Shown piece by piece: positions 55,564-64,000 of a DNA stretch of 64,000 nucleotides; position 1 is the stretch's first letter, and each line of letters opens with the position of its first letter. A program made the position numbers and the translations under genes. The notes below the pieces were generated by a model. It worked only from the letters and a program-made list of their open reading frames with translations. It searched no databases and was not told the DNA's origin. The stretch is from Candidatus Edwardsbacteria bacterium (GTDB lineage Bacteria > Edwardsbacteria > AC1 > EtOH8): positions 5,851 through 69,850 of the forward strand of contig JAHJLF010000030.1 in assembly GCA_018821925.1 (NCBI GenBank). Reading direction: 5' to 3'.

Positions 55564-56046
55564 CTATCTATTCCGTGATATCAGGTAATAGACATTGGCG
55601 ATTACCGCCAGGTCGGCTATAAAACCGATGGCATCCTTCCAGAAGAACCGGGCATTGCGCGGGATCATCACGGTGTCGCCGGGCTTGAGTACCGGGATGT
55701 CAACATCCTTGGTGCTGTTAAGGTATTTGTCGATATTTATCTTCTGATTGAGCCGTTTGGTTCCGTCGTTGCTCGACAGCCTTACCCGGGAAAGGGCGGC
55801 ATACTGGGTGGGCCCGCCGGCCCTGGACATAAGGTCCAGCACCGTCGAGCCGTCCGGCACCCGGTACATGCCGGGACTGTTGACCTCGCCCCAGACGTGC
55901 ACCTCTATCAGCAGGCGCTGGCCGGAGTCCATATAGAACTCCTCCTTTTTAAAGGAGGAGGCATCCTGAGCCATAATAAAGGATGAGCCCATGATCAGAA
56001 TAGCCAGGGGGAATATCGCCAGGCGGATCTTGTCCATCAGTTTCAT
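55564..56046 (-). CDS. Small SLBB-domain polysaccharide export protein (Wza-like)
   Basis: Signal peptide; VHVWGEVNSPGMY, LDLMSRAGG, LKPGDTVMIP; hydrophobic C-terminal helix. Confidence 0.8.
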   Translation of the reverse strand: MKLMDKIRLAIFPLAILIMGSSFIMAQDASSFKKEEFYMDSGQRLLIEVHVWGEVNSPGMYRVPDGSTVLDLMSRAGGPTQYAALSRVRLSSNDGTKRLNQKINIDKYLNSTKDVDIPVLKPGDTVMIPRNARFFWKDAIGFIADLAVIANVYYLISRNR

Positions 56047-56147
56047 ATTTAATACCCCGCTTGAGTTTCAAATATATTTCACCGCAAAAAACCGATACCA
56101 ATTTATCGGATCCCTGCGGTGAATTGAAATGATCGATAGCTGTACTG

Positions 56148-57860
56148 TTAACCCTTGATCTTCTTCAGGCGGTCCTTGGCCTTGGCCAGATAATCCTTGG
56201 CCTTGGCGTGGCCGGGATCGGATTTCAATAATTTCTGGAAGGTTTTGACAGCCTTGTCGTATTCCTCGTTCATATACTGCTTGACGCCGGTCTTGTAAAG
56301 TGCGTTGATCTCGTCGGCCGACAGTTTGGCCGAGGCGGCCGGCTTGGGAGCTGCGGCTTTGGGTTTTACGGTCCTGGCCGGCTTTGCCGATACGGTTGTT
56401 TTGGGCGCCGGCGGCACGACCGGGGCGGAGACCTGGGGCGGCTGATAGGTCCGGCTAGCAGTGGTATTATAAGCCACCGGGGCGGAGGCGATGGGCTGCA
56501 GGGTCAGATCGTTGACGACCTCCTTGCGGTCCCTGGTGGTCAGCACCATATTCTGCGACCGGTACCCGTCGGCGGTGACGGATAAGTTATATTTCCCCGG
56601 GGGAATCAGGGTGCTATACTCCCCGCTTTGGGGATTGGCGCTGAATTCCGGCAGATCTTTGCCCACGAAACTGAAGCTGGCTGCGATCGGCTGACCGGTG
56701 GCGGCATCGGACACGGTGCCCTTGATGGTCCCCAGTTTGCGCTTGAGGGTCAGATCCCATTTTTCCTTCTTGCCCGGTTCTACTTTGATCTTCCTCTCCA
56801 GCCAGCGATAGCCGTTGGCGTAGATATGGATCTTGTAATCGCCCGGCGGCAGCTCGGCCAGGTATTTGCCGATATCGTCGCTGACGGATCCTGGGATCCC
56901 GGCGCCGGGGAAGGTGATCATACCCTTCATGGGCACCCCGGTATCGCGGTCCTTTATCAACCCGGCGATGGCCCCGGTGATCACACCGGAGATGGCCCGC
57001 CCGGCGGCGGCCGGCAAATCCAGCCCCAGGGTTATCTGCCAGGGGGCAGAGGCCTTGGTCAGGCCGATGTCGGCCGAAAGGGAGAGGCCCAGGATGTCCA
57101 GCGGGACATAATGGATGCCGGGGGTGAACCTAGCCTCGGTGCGGTCGAAGCCCCGGCCCGAAAGGATTAGGGAATCCGGCAGGGAATCCGTTGCCGCGCC
57201 CACTCTCATTTCGGCCGAGACCTCGGCAAAGGCGGAGAATTTCTGGCTGAAGCCGTACTCATATCCCACCCCGGCCGGGACCTGCGGACGCTGGTCGCCC
57301 CGGGTCAAAAATCCCAGGTTTACATACATGGTGGACTGCCTGAGATTTATATCGCCCAGTATTTTGGCCCCAAAATCCAGCTTGCCGCTTTGGGATGGGC
57401 CGTCGTTATATTTATCCTTGTCCATGGGGATCGAGATGATGGGCATTATTCCCAGATCCACCATTTGATCGGCCAGGGCCAGGCTGTATTTGGCAGAGAT
57501 GGTGATGTCGCCGGGGCAGCCCAGGGTGTTGTCCAGGCTGTCGCCGCCGGGGCTGGTGATGGTCCATTGTTCTCCGTGGGCCAGGCCGCTCAGCATCAGC
57601 GACAGATTTGGCAGGGGGGCAAAGCTCAACAGCTGGTGACTCCAGATGTCGTTGTATGAATTCTCGGCCCCGGCCAGATAGGAGACGCTCTGCTGGCTGT
57701 AGCTGGAGAATGAGTTTACCGTGCGGTAGCCGAACATGGAGCCGGCCTTGGCCGATTGCAGATGCACCAGCCCCGGCCCGCCGATGATTGGGAACCGGGC
57801 GGCCCAGGAGAGCGATGCCGTCAGGGACAGCACTATGATCAAACGGAGAAACAATTTCAT
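56148..57860 (-). CDS. Secreted multidomain protein: barrel-like N-domain, CarboxypepD_reg-like repeats, Pro/Lys/Ala linker, C-terminal TPR (paralog 2)
   Basis: Signal peptide; 'GTIKGTVSDAATGQPI'; 'YKTGVKQYMNEEYDKAVKTFQKLLKSDPGH.KAKDYL'. Confidence 0.75.
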   Translation of the reverse strand: MKLFLRLIIVLSLTASLSWAARFPIIGGPGLVHLQSAKAGSMFGYRTVNSFSSYSQQSVSYLAGAENSYNDIWSHQLLSFAPLPNLSLMLSGLAHGEQWTITSPGGDSLDNTLGCPGDITISAKYSLALADQMVDLGIMPIISIPMDKDKYNDGPSQSGKLDFGAKILGDINLRQSTMYVNLGFLTRGDQRPQVPAGVGYEYGFSQKFSAFAEVSAEMRVGAATDSLPDSLILSGRGFDRTEARFTPGIHYVPLDILGLSLSADIGLTKASAPWQITLGLDLPAAAGRAISGVITGAIAGLIKDRDTGVPMKGMITFPGAGIPGSVSDDIGKYLAELPPGDYKIHIYANGYRWLERKIKVEPGKKEKWDLTLKRKLGTIKGTVSDAATGQPIAASFSFVGKDLPEFSANPQSGEYSTLIPPGKYNLSVTADGYRSQNMVLTTRDRKEVVNDLTLQPIASAPVAYNTTASRTYQPPQVSAPVVPPAPKTTVSAKPARTVKPKAAAPKPAASAKLSADEINALYKTGVKQYMNEEYDKAVKTFQKLLKSDPGHAKAKDYLAKAKDRLKKIKG

Positions 57861-57868
57861 AAGAGAAA

Positions 57869-59527
57869 CTATCCTCTAATTTTCTTTAAACGTTCCTGGC
57901 TCTTTTTCAGGTAATCCTTGGCTTTGGTGTTTCCGGGGTCGGCCGCCAACAGCTTTTTAAAAGTGGCCACGGCCTTGTCGTATTCCTCGCTCATGTATTG
58001 CTTGACACCGGTCTTATACAGGCCAGCCACCTCCTTGGGGCTTAAGCCGGGCGCCTTGGGAGCAGGCGTTCTTACCGGTTTGGGCTTTACCGTCGCGGCC
58101 ACCGGCGGCTTGGCTGGTTTTTGGACTACTGCCGGCTGAACCGGCTTGGGTTTAGGAATGGGTTGCAGTACGATATTCTGAATGGATTCTTCCTTGTCCG
58201 TCAAACTGATGTTGGTTTGATAAGGCTGATAGCCTTGGGCGATCACAGACAGATCGTATTTTTTTGGGGCGGCCAGGGTGAAACTAAAGCCCCCGGTAAC
58301 CTGGTCGTTGTTGTATCTGTCGCCGCTGCCGTTCAGGGTGATGACGGCCAGCACCGGCCTGCCGGTGGCGGCATCGGCCACCTGTCCCTTGATGGTGCCC
58401 TCCCGGGGGCTGAGGGTCAGATCCCAGGACTGCGATTCGCCGGATTTGATCTCTAACTTCCGGTCAACCGTCCGGAAACCGTTGGCCATCACCTTGATAT
58501 TGTAGGTGCCGGGATTCAGCTTTAATTGATAGCTTCCGTTGGGCTCGCTGACCACCGCCGGTACATTGGTGCCGGGGAAGCTGATCATGCCCCTGATCGG
58601 CTGGCTGGTCCGGCGGTGTTTTATCAGGCCGGCGATGGTGCCGGGCATAATGATGGACCTGATAAGCCCGGCGGCGGCCGGGAAATCCAGCCCCAGAACC
58701 ACTTGCCAGGCTGGGGTGGCCTTGGTCAGCCCGATATCGGCGGCCAGGTTAACGCCCAATAAGGGAAGCGGAACAAAACGAAGTCCGGGAGTTAGCCTGG
58801 CTTCGGTGCGGTCGAAGCCCCGCCCTGAAAGAATCATAGAATCGGGCAGGGAATCCTTCAGAGAACCGATCCGCAGTTCAGCCGAGGTTTCCATGAAAGC
58901 CGAGAACCGGCTGTTTATTTCATAATTGACACCCAGCCCGGCCGGGACCTGGGGACGCTGGTCGCCCCGGGTGAAAAACCCCACATTTACCAGGATGCTG
59001 GTTTTGTCCATGGCAATATCGGTCAGCAGTTTTCCCCCGAAATCAACCTTCCCGGTCTGCGAGGGTGAATCCTGAAATTTCTTTTCATCCATGGGAATGG
59101 AGACCATCGGCATGGCCGCCAGGTCCACCTGGCCGTCATAAAGCTGGAGGCCGTATTTGGCGGCTATGGTAAAATCGCCGGGGCAGCCCAGGGTGTTGTC
59201 CAGGCTGTCTCCTCCGGGGCTGTTTATGCTCCATTGCTCGGCATGGGCCAGGCCGACCACCATAAAGGCCAGGTTATTCATCGGCGAATAATTTACCAGG
59301 TTGTAGCTCCACAGGTCGCTGTACGAATTATCGCTGCCCGGCAGATAGGACACTTTCTGACCGCCGTAATTGGTGATGGCGTTGAAGCTTCTGAAACCAA
59401 AGCCCTGTCCGGCCTTGGCCGACTGTAGATGGATCAGTCCCGGCCCGCCCAAAAGCGGAAACCGCGCAGCTTGTGCGGCACCAAACGCCACAATCAGGGT
59501 CGTCAGAATTAACATATGTCTTTTCAT
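57869..59527 (-). CDS. Secreted multidomain protein, same architecture (paralog 1)
   Basis: Shares blocks with the neighbour (SPGGDSLDNTLGCPGD, TRGDQRPQVPAG, ILSGRGFDRTEAR, YKTGVKQYM.EEYDKAV). Confidence 0.75.
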   Translation of the reverse strand: MKRHMLILTTLIVAFGAAQAARFPLLGGPGLIHLQSAKAGQGFGFRSFNAITNYGGQKVSYLPGSDNSYSDLWSYNLVNYSPMNNLAFMVVGLAHAEQWSINSPGGDSLDNTLGCPGDFTIAAKYGLQLYDGQVDLAAMPMVSIPMDEKKFQDSPSQTGKVDFGGKLLTDIAMDKTSILVNVGFFTRGDQRPQVPAGLGVNYEINSRFSAFMETSAELRIGSLKDSLPDSMILSGRGFDRTEARLTPGLRFVPLPLLGVNLAADIGLTKATPAWQVVLGLDFPAAAGLIRSIIMPGTIAGLIKHRRTSQPIRGMISFPGTNVPAVVSEPNGSYQLKLNPGTYNIKVMANGFRTVDRKLEIKSGESQSWDLTLSPREGTIKGQVADAATGRPVLAVITLNGSGDRYNNDQVTGGFSFTLAAPKKYDLSVIAQGYQPYQTNISLTDKEESIQNIVLQPIPKPKPVQPAVVQKPAKPPVAATVKPKPVRTPAPKAPGLSPKEVAGLYKTGVKQYMSEEYDKAVATFKKLLAADPGNTKAKDYLKKSQERLKKIRG

Positions 59528-59772
59528 GATCTACCTCCAAACCATAAATTAAAGGGAAAAGCATCCCGTGAGTTGTGTTAAAAATCAAGACAAATACTAC
59601 AACTCCAATAGCATAGATTAGCATATTTAAGTAATAAATGTCAATATTATTGATAAAATAAATTGATTTACGATAAGGGCTTGCGTTTTTTAAAGGCGCG
59701 AATATTAATTCCTTGATTTTAAGCCCAAGTTTTAGTATTCTTACTCTTTACCGTGGTCTATTAAGAAAGATT

Positions 59773-61131
59773 ATGAAAATAAACGATACCATAGCCGCCA
59801 TAGCCACCGGCACGGGGCCGGCCGCCCTGTCCATGGTCAGGATCTCCGGGCCGGATTCGGCCAATATCGGCAATGCCATTTTCTCCGGGAAGGTGAGGCC
59901 ATCGGCTATGAAAAGCCATGTGCTGTATTACGGGCATATTGTTGATGCCGGAGGCACCCGGCTTGATGAGGCCATGTTGGTTGTTTTAAAGCCGCCGCAT
60001 TCTTTTACCGCCGAGGAGATGGTGGAGATCACCTGCCATGGGGGTGCGGCATCGGCCGGCGCGGTGCTGGAGGCGGCCCTGGCCGCCGGCGCCCGTCCGG
60101 CCCGGCCGGGAGAATTCTCTTTGCGGGCCTTTCTTAACGGCCGGATAGACCTGGCCCAGGCCGAGGCGGTGTGCGATATCATCAACGCCAAGACCGGCGC
60201 CGCCGCCCGGGCCGCCTTAGAAAGGCTCTCCGGGGGGCTCTCCCGCAAGGTGGCTGCCGTCAGGGAGAGCCTGCTGGATGCGGCCGCCCTGGTGGAATCC
60301 ATGATAGACTTTCCCGAGGAGGATCTTCCTCCGGCAGATTCAAGGGACCTCATTAAAAAAATTGAACTGGCGGAGAGCCAGGTCAAACAATTATTAAAAG
60401 GCAGCCGGGCCGCCATGGTGCTCAAGGACGGGGCCCGGGTGGTGATAGCCGGAAGACCCAATGTGGGGAAATCCAGCCTGTTCAACATGCTGCTCAAGGA
60501 GGAGAAGGCCATCGTCACCGAAACGGCCGGCACCACCCGCGACGTGCTGGAGGGCTGGATAGATATCAAGGGCATCCCCGTCCGTTTGTTCGATACTGCC
60601 GGCCTAAGGGAAACGTCCGATAACATCGAGGCCCACGGCGTCAGCCGGGCCCGGGGCAAGCTGGAGCAGGCCGACCTGGTGCTGTTGGTGCTGGACGGCA
60701 CATCGCCCATAACGGCCGAGGACCAAAGACTTTTATCCGAGACCGAAAAATACCATCGCTTGGTTTTGTTAAATAAAAGCGATCTGGGCCATCCCTCCAA
60801 TAGTAAAGCCGATAGATCCTGGCTGAGGATCTCGGCTATTACCGAACAGGGCCTGCCGGAATTAGAGGGATCCATTGTGTCCCAGCTTACCGACGGACAG
60901 GGCATCGAGGCCGGAGCCGCCTCGGCCGCCAATGCCCGGCAGGTGCAGTTGATGGAGAACAGCTTAAAATATTTGAAAACGGCTATCGACGGGCTTGAGA
61001 AAAAGCTGTCATACGAGCTGTTGGCCAGCGATCTCAAGGCGGCCATCGATGACTTGGGCCAGATAACCGGCCAGACCGTGGGTGATGATATCTTGAACAG
61101 GATATTCGAAAAATTCTGCATCGGAAAATGA
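59773..61131 (+). CDS. mnmE: tRNA modification GTPase MnmE
   Basis: IAAIATG, EITCHGG, AFLNGRIDLAQAEA, GRPNVGKSS, GTTRD, DTAG, FEKFCIGK. Start placed at ATG 59773. Confidence 0.98.
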   Translation: MKINDTIAAIATGTGPAALSMVRISGPDSANIGNAIFSGKVRPSAMKSHVLYYGHIVDAGGTRLDEAMLVVLKPPHSFTAEEMVEITCHGGAASAGAVLEAALAAGARPARPGEFSLRAFLNGRIDLAQAEAVCDIINAKTGAAARAALERLSGGLSRKVAAVRESLLDAAALVESMIDFPEEDLPPADSRDLIKKIELAESQVKQLLKGSRAAMVLKDGARVVIAGRPNVGKSSLFNMLLKEEKAIVTETAGTTRDVLEGWIDIKGIPVRLFDTAGLRETSDNIEAHGVSRARGKLEQADLVLLVLDGTSPITAEDQRLLSETEKYHRLVLLNKSDLGHPSNSKADRSWLRISAITEQGLPELEGSIVSQLTDGQGIEAGAASAANARQVQLMENSLKYLKTAIDGLEKKLSYELLASDLKAAIDDLGQITGQTVGDDILNRIFEKFCIGK

Positions 61132-61178
61132 CGATAGTTGTCTATAAGCATCAAACAATTTAATCATAAAACAATAGC

Positions 61179-61952
61179 ATGCCTTTTACCGCCGCACATC
61201 CGGCCATGGTCCTGCCTATCAAGGCCAGATGGCCGAAATATTTCAGCCTGACCGCCCTGGTGGTGGGCAGCATGGCCCCGGATTTTGAATTCTTCATCCA
61301 TTTCTATCCGCTTCGGGGGCCGGGCCACACCCTGCTGGGCTCGCTGTATTTCAACCTGCCGCTGATCTTCCTGACGGCGGTGCTGTTCCACTATGTGGTG
61401 AAAAAGCCTCTGATATATTGCCTGCCCGCGTCCATGGGCAAGCGTTTTTATAAACTGGCCCAGGATAGATGGTCCATAGCTACGCCCAGGAATTTTATGG
61501 TCTTTACCTATTCCGCCCTGGTTGGCATGCTGACCCATTTCTTTTTGGACGCCTTCACCCATCCCCTGCAGATGTTCCAGAATGTGGCGCCGTTCCTGGT
61601 GAAACGCCTCTTTACCATTCATTTTTACGGGGCGCAATACGGCGTGCCGGCACATAATGTCATTCACCTGGCGGTGACGGCCATCGGCCTCGGGGTGATC
61701 CTTTATTACATCATGAAATTGAAACCGGCCGCGGCCGGAGAGAAAAGAAAGATCGGTCAGCTTTTCAAGTGGGCCTATTGGGGCTCCGGGCTGACCCTGG
61801 CGGTGGCCATCACTGTCCTGCGCACCATTCAGGTGAGGGGCCGGCCGGGGATGGGGTTTTTCGAGCACTACGGGGTCTCCTTTCTGAGCGGCTTGATACT
61901 GGGATTCCTGGCGGTATCCCTGGTCTATAAGGCTTTTCGGGAATTCCGATAG
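61179..61952 (+). CDS. DUF4184 family membrane protein
   Basis: MPFTAAHPAMVLP...ALVVGSMAPDF signature; THFFLDAFTH. Confidence 0.85.
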   Translation: MPFTAAHPAMVLPIKARWPKYFSLTALVVGSMAPDFEFFIHFYPLRGPGHTLLGSLYFNLPLIFLTAVLFHYVVKKPLIYCLPASMGKRFYKLAQDRWSIATPRNFMVFTYSALVGMLTHFFLDAFTHPLQMFQNVAPFLVKRLFTIHFYGAQYGVPAHNVIHLAVTAIGLGVILYYIMKLKPAAAGEKRKIGQLFKWAYWGSGLTLAVAITVLRTIQVRGRPGMGFFEHYGVSFLSGLILGFLAVSLVYKAFREFR

Positions 61953-61980
61953 CCCGAACCAGGGTTCCCGGTCTGAAGCG

Positions 61981-62009
61981 AAAGCAAGCCAAATTTCGGC
62001 TTGCTTTTT
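61981..62009 (+). terminator. Intrinsic terminator
   Basis: AAAGCAAGCC-aaatttc-GGCTTGCTTTTT. Confidence 0.75.
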
Positions 62010-62073
62010 GCGCTTTAAATATGATAGCCTATGCTTATAGAGGGAACTATAGCGTTAATGGTAGTTCCGTCTC

Positions 62074-62958
62074 GTGAAAATGGATATTTCTATGCGCGTA
62101 TATAAACCTGAAGAAAGAGGGAAGCAGCCATTGAACACATTTATGATATCTATTGTAAGAATTGTAACAGTTGGTGTAGCCGTTTTATTTTTTGGACTGG
62201 TGCTTTTTTATATCTTTCAGGACAAAATGATCTTTTACCCCCAGAAGATCAGCCAGGCCGAAGTCGAAGGCATAAGAAAGAACTACAAAAATGTTGAAGA
62301 AATAAGTCTGAAGACAAAAGACGGAATAATCTTAAAGGGTTGGTTTGTTAATAACAGTTCTGCCGACAGGCCAAAGATCCTGTTCTATTTCGGCGGCAAT
62401 GCCGAGGAGGTTTCGTATCTGATAGAAAAAGTCCCGGAGTTCAAGGACTGGTCGCTGGTCCTGATCAATTACCGGGGATACGGCCAAAGCGGAGGGAAGG
62501 TGAGTGAAAGATCGCTTTATAGCGATGCCATCGAAAGCTACGATCATTTTATCGGCCGGCTGGACATCAAAGACCCCAAGATCGCGATCATGGGCCGGAG
62601 TATCGGCACCGGGGTGGCCACCTATCTGGCTAAAAACAAAAGATCTGACGCCGTGATACTGGTTTCTCCATATACCAGCCTGAAGGCCCTGGCAAAAGTT
62701 CACTACCCGCTATTGCCGGCCGGGTTGATACTTAAATATAAGTTCAACTCCATCGAGCGAGCCCCCCAGATAAAAGCCCCCTTGTTGATGATCGTGGCTG
62801 CGGACGACAGAACCATTCCGCCCACCCAATCCTACCAAGTGGCCGAAGAATGGGGCGGGAAGGTGACGGTAAAGGAATTTACCGGGGCTGACCACAACTC
62901 GCTCAGCAGCGACAGCGGCTATTGGCCGGCCATCGCGTCGTTTTTGGACGGCATGTAA
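62074..62958 (+). CDS. Membrane-anchored alpha/beta hydrolase (ABHD13/Bem46-like)
   Basis: FGGNAEE, NYRGYGQS, GRSIGTG nucleophile elbow, DRTIP, GADHN. True start may be further downstream. Confidence 0.88.
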   Translation: MKMDISMRVYKPEERGKQPLNTFMISIVRIVTVGVAVLFFGLVLFYIFQDKMIFYPQKISQAEVEGIRKNYKNVEEISLKTKDGIILKGWFVNNSSADRPKILFYFGGNAEEVSYLIEKVPEFKDWSLVLINYRGYGQSGGKVSERSLYSDAIESYDHFIGRLDIKDPKIAIMGRSIGTGVATYLAKNKRSDAVILVSPYTSLKALAKVHYPLLPAGLILKYKFNSIERAPQIKAPLLMIVAADDRTIPPTQSYQVAEEWGGKVTVKEFTGADHNSLSSDSGYWPAIASFLDGM

Positions 62959-62970
62959 AACTAAACATTT

Positions 62971-63022
62971 GACCTCACCCTTCCCTCTCCTAATGCTTTA
63001 GGAGAGGGGTAGGGGAGAGGTC
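62971..63022. repeat. GACC..CCCT/AGGG palindrome family copy (full)
   Basis: gacctcacccttccctctcctaatgctttaggagaggggtaggggagaggtc. Confidence 0.8.
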
Positions 63023-63042
63023 CGGAATAATAATAGAGGAAA

Positions 63043-63513
63043 ATGAAAGCCAAGCCAGACATCAAAATACGATTAGTAAAGAAAACGGATAGCAACGATT
63101 GGCTGGCCATGCGCCGGGCATTGTGGCCCGATTGTCCGCCCAAAAAGCACCGGGAGGAAATGGCAGAGATACTGGCCGACAAAAAAGATCAGCCGGCATG
63201 GGTGGCCGAGTCTTTAAGCGGAGAACCGGCAGGATTCCTTGAGGCTGCGGTCCGCAACTATGCCGACGGGGCGGGACGGCAGGATGTCGGCTATCTGGAA
63301 GGCTGGTATGTCAAGCCGAAGTTTCGCAAAATGGGCGTGGGCCGGGCGCTGGTAAAAGCAGCCGAGGAATGGGCGGTGGGCCGGGGGTTCTCGCACATGG
63401 GGTCGGACACCTGGGTCGGAAATATGGGCAGCTACAAAGCCCACCAGGCCATGGGATACAAGGATGTGGGCCGGGATATACACTTCGTCAAAAAATTAAA
63501 AACCAAAAGTTAG
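63043..63513 (+). CDS. AAC(6')-I-like GNAT acetyltransferase
   Basis: MRRALWP, GFLEA.VRNYADG, YLEGWYV.P..R..GVGRALV, MGSDT, AHQAMGY match the short AAC(6')-I clade pattern. Confidence 0.75.
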   Translation: MKAKPDIKIRLVKKTDSNDWLAMRRALWPDCPPKKHREEMAEILADKKDQPAWVAESLSGEPAGFLEAAVRNYADGAGRQDVGYLEGWYVKPKFRKMGVGRALVKAAEEWAVGRGFSHMGSDTWVGNMGSYKAHQAMGYKDVGRDIHFVKKLKTKS

Positions 63514-63542
63514 AAAATAAAATCCTTTATAAAGGAGGACCG

Positions 63543-64000
63543 ATGTACGATGGAAAGAAGGTTCGTTTAAGGGCATATCGAAAAGAGGACATCCCGCAGG
63601 CTCTGGAATACATCAATGATCCCGAGGTGAAGAAGAACCTGGTAATAGGGATTCCCTTCCCCCTGAAACTGGAGGACGAGGAGAAGTTCTTCAATGACTT
63701 GAGCGCATTCAAGGATGCGTATTCGTTTGCCATTGAAACTTTGGACGGCTCGAAATACATCGGAGGATGCGGGACGAACAAGGTCGATTGGAAGAACCGC
63801 TACGCCATGGTGGGCATATTCATCGGAGACGAACAGTACCGTAGCAAAGGATACGGCAGCGATGCCATGAAGGTTTTACTGCGCTTCATCTTCGATGAGA
63901 TGAACATGAACAAGGTCAAGCTGGAGGTGTTCTCCTTCAACCAACGGGCTATCAAAAGCTACGTTAAATGCGGCTTCCGCCAGGAAGGGGTGCTGCGGCA
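63543..64000 (+). CDS. RimJ/RimL-family GNAT acetyltransferase, 3'-truncated (absent from the ORF track)
   Basis: AAGGAGG RBS; MYDGKKVRLRAY...VDWKNRYAMVGIFIGD..YRSKGYGSDAM...KLEVFSFNQRAIKSY.KCGF..EG.LR; open to the window end. Confidence 0.9.
   Translation, partial: MYDGKKVRLRAYRKEDIPQALEYINDPEVKKNLVIGIPFPLKLEDEEKFFNDLSAFKDAYSFAIETLDGSKYIGGCGTNKVDWKNRYAMVGIFIGDEQYRSKGYGSDAMKVLLRFIFDEMNMNKVKLEVFSFNQRAIKSYVKCGFRQEGVLR

Noticed and set aside
59328-59624. 98-aa minus-strand ORF overlapping the start of the TPR-protein gene
   Set aside because: Out-of-frame overlap with a well-supported CDS and AT-rich promoter DNA; no supporting signals.
59928-61154. 408-aa minus-strand ORF, and similar long antisense or alternate-frame ORFs over the ATPase, lepA, M42 and dnaA genes
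   Set aside because: Each overlaps a clearly identified gene, has Ser/Arg/Pro-rich composition and shows no RBS or domain signature.

Overview
GC-rich bacterial chromosomal segment containing the probable replication origin (dnaA-dnaN flanked by DnaA boxes and an AT-rich gap). A FlgD-Ig/T9SS-like C-terminal tail, CarboxypepD_reg proteins and outer-membrane-type genes suggest a diderm, probably FCB-group candidate-phylum organism (inference). Housekeeping and envelope genes include scpA, envC-like, lepA, two lepB, glnS, gltX, mnmE, wzc-like, three M42 peptidases, a P-type ATPase, and an HD-GYP/adenylate cyclase pair. Best lead: an ArsR-led operon (37770-43711) joining a KamA-family radical-SAM aminomutase, a GSA-aminomutase-like class III transaminase, and PcaIJ/PcaF-type 3-oxoadipate enzymes, with no aromatic ring-cleavage genes in the window. 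It may be an undescribed alpha-to-beta amino acid catabolic route, best guess 2-aminoadipate -> 3-aminoadipate -> 3-oxoadipate. Beside it lies a LeuB/LeuCD-like + HMG-CoA-lyase + CoA-transferase cluster. There, LeuC has a histone-like basic tail, and the lyase/transferase fusion is one homopolymer base away from a normal ATGA-coupled gene pair. Other leads: an integrase-less attC cassette relic inside the M42 cluster, a DUF559 nuclease bracketed by a palindrome family dispersed across the window, nested REP-like elements, and an unannotated Cys-rich small ORF with a near-consensus promoter and internal hairpin. No rRNA, tRNA, CRISPR array, integrase or transposase was recognised. All family assignments come from motif recognition by eye, not database searches.
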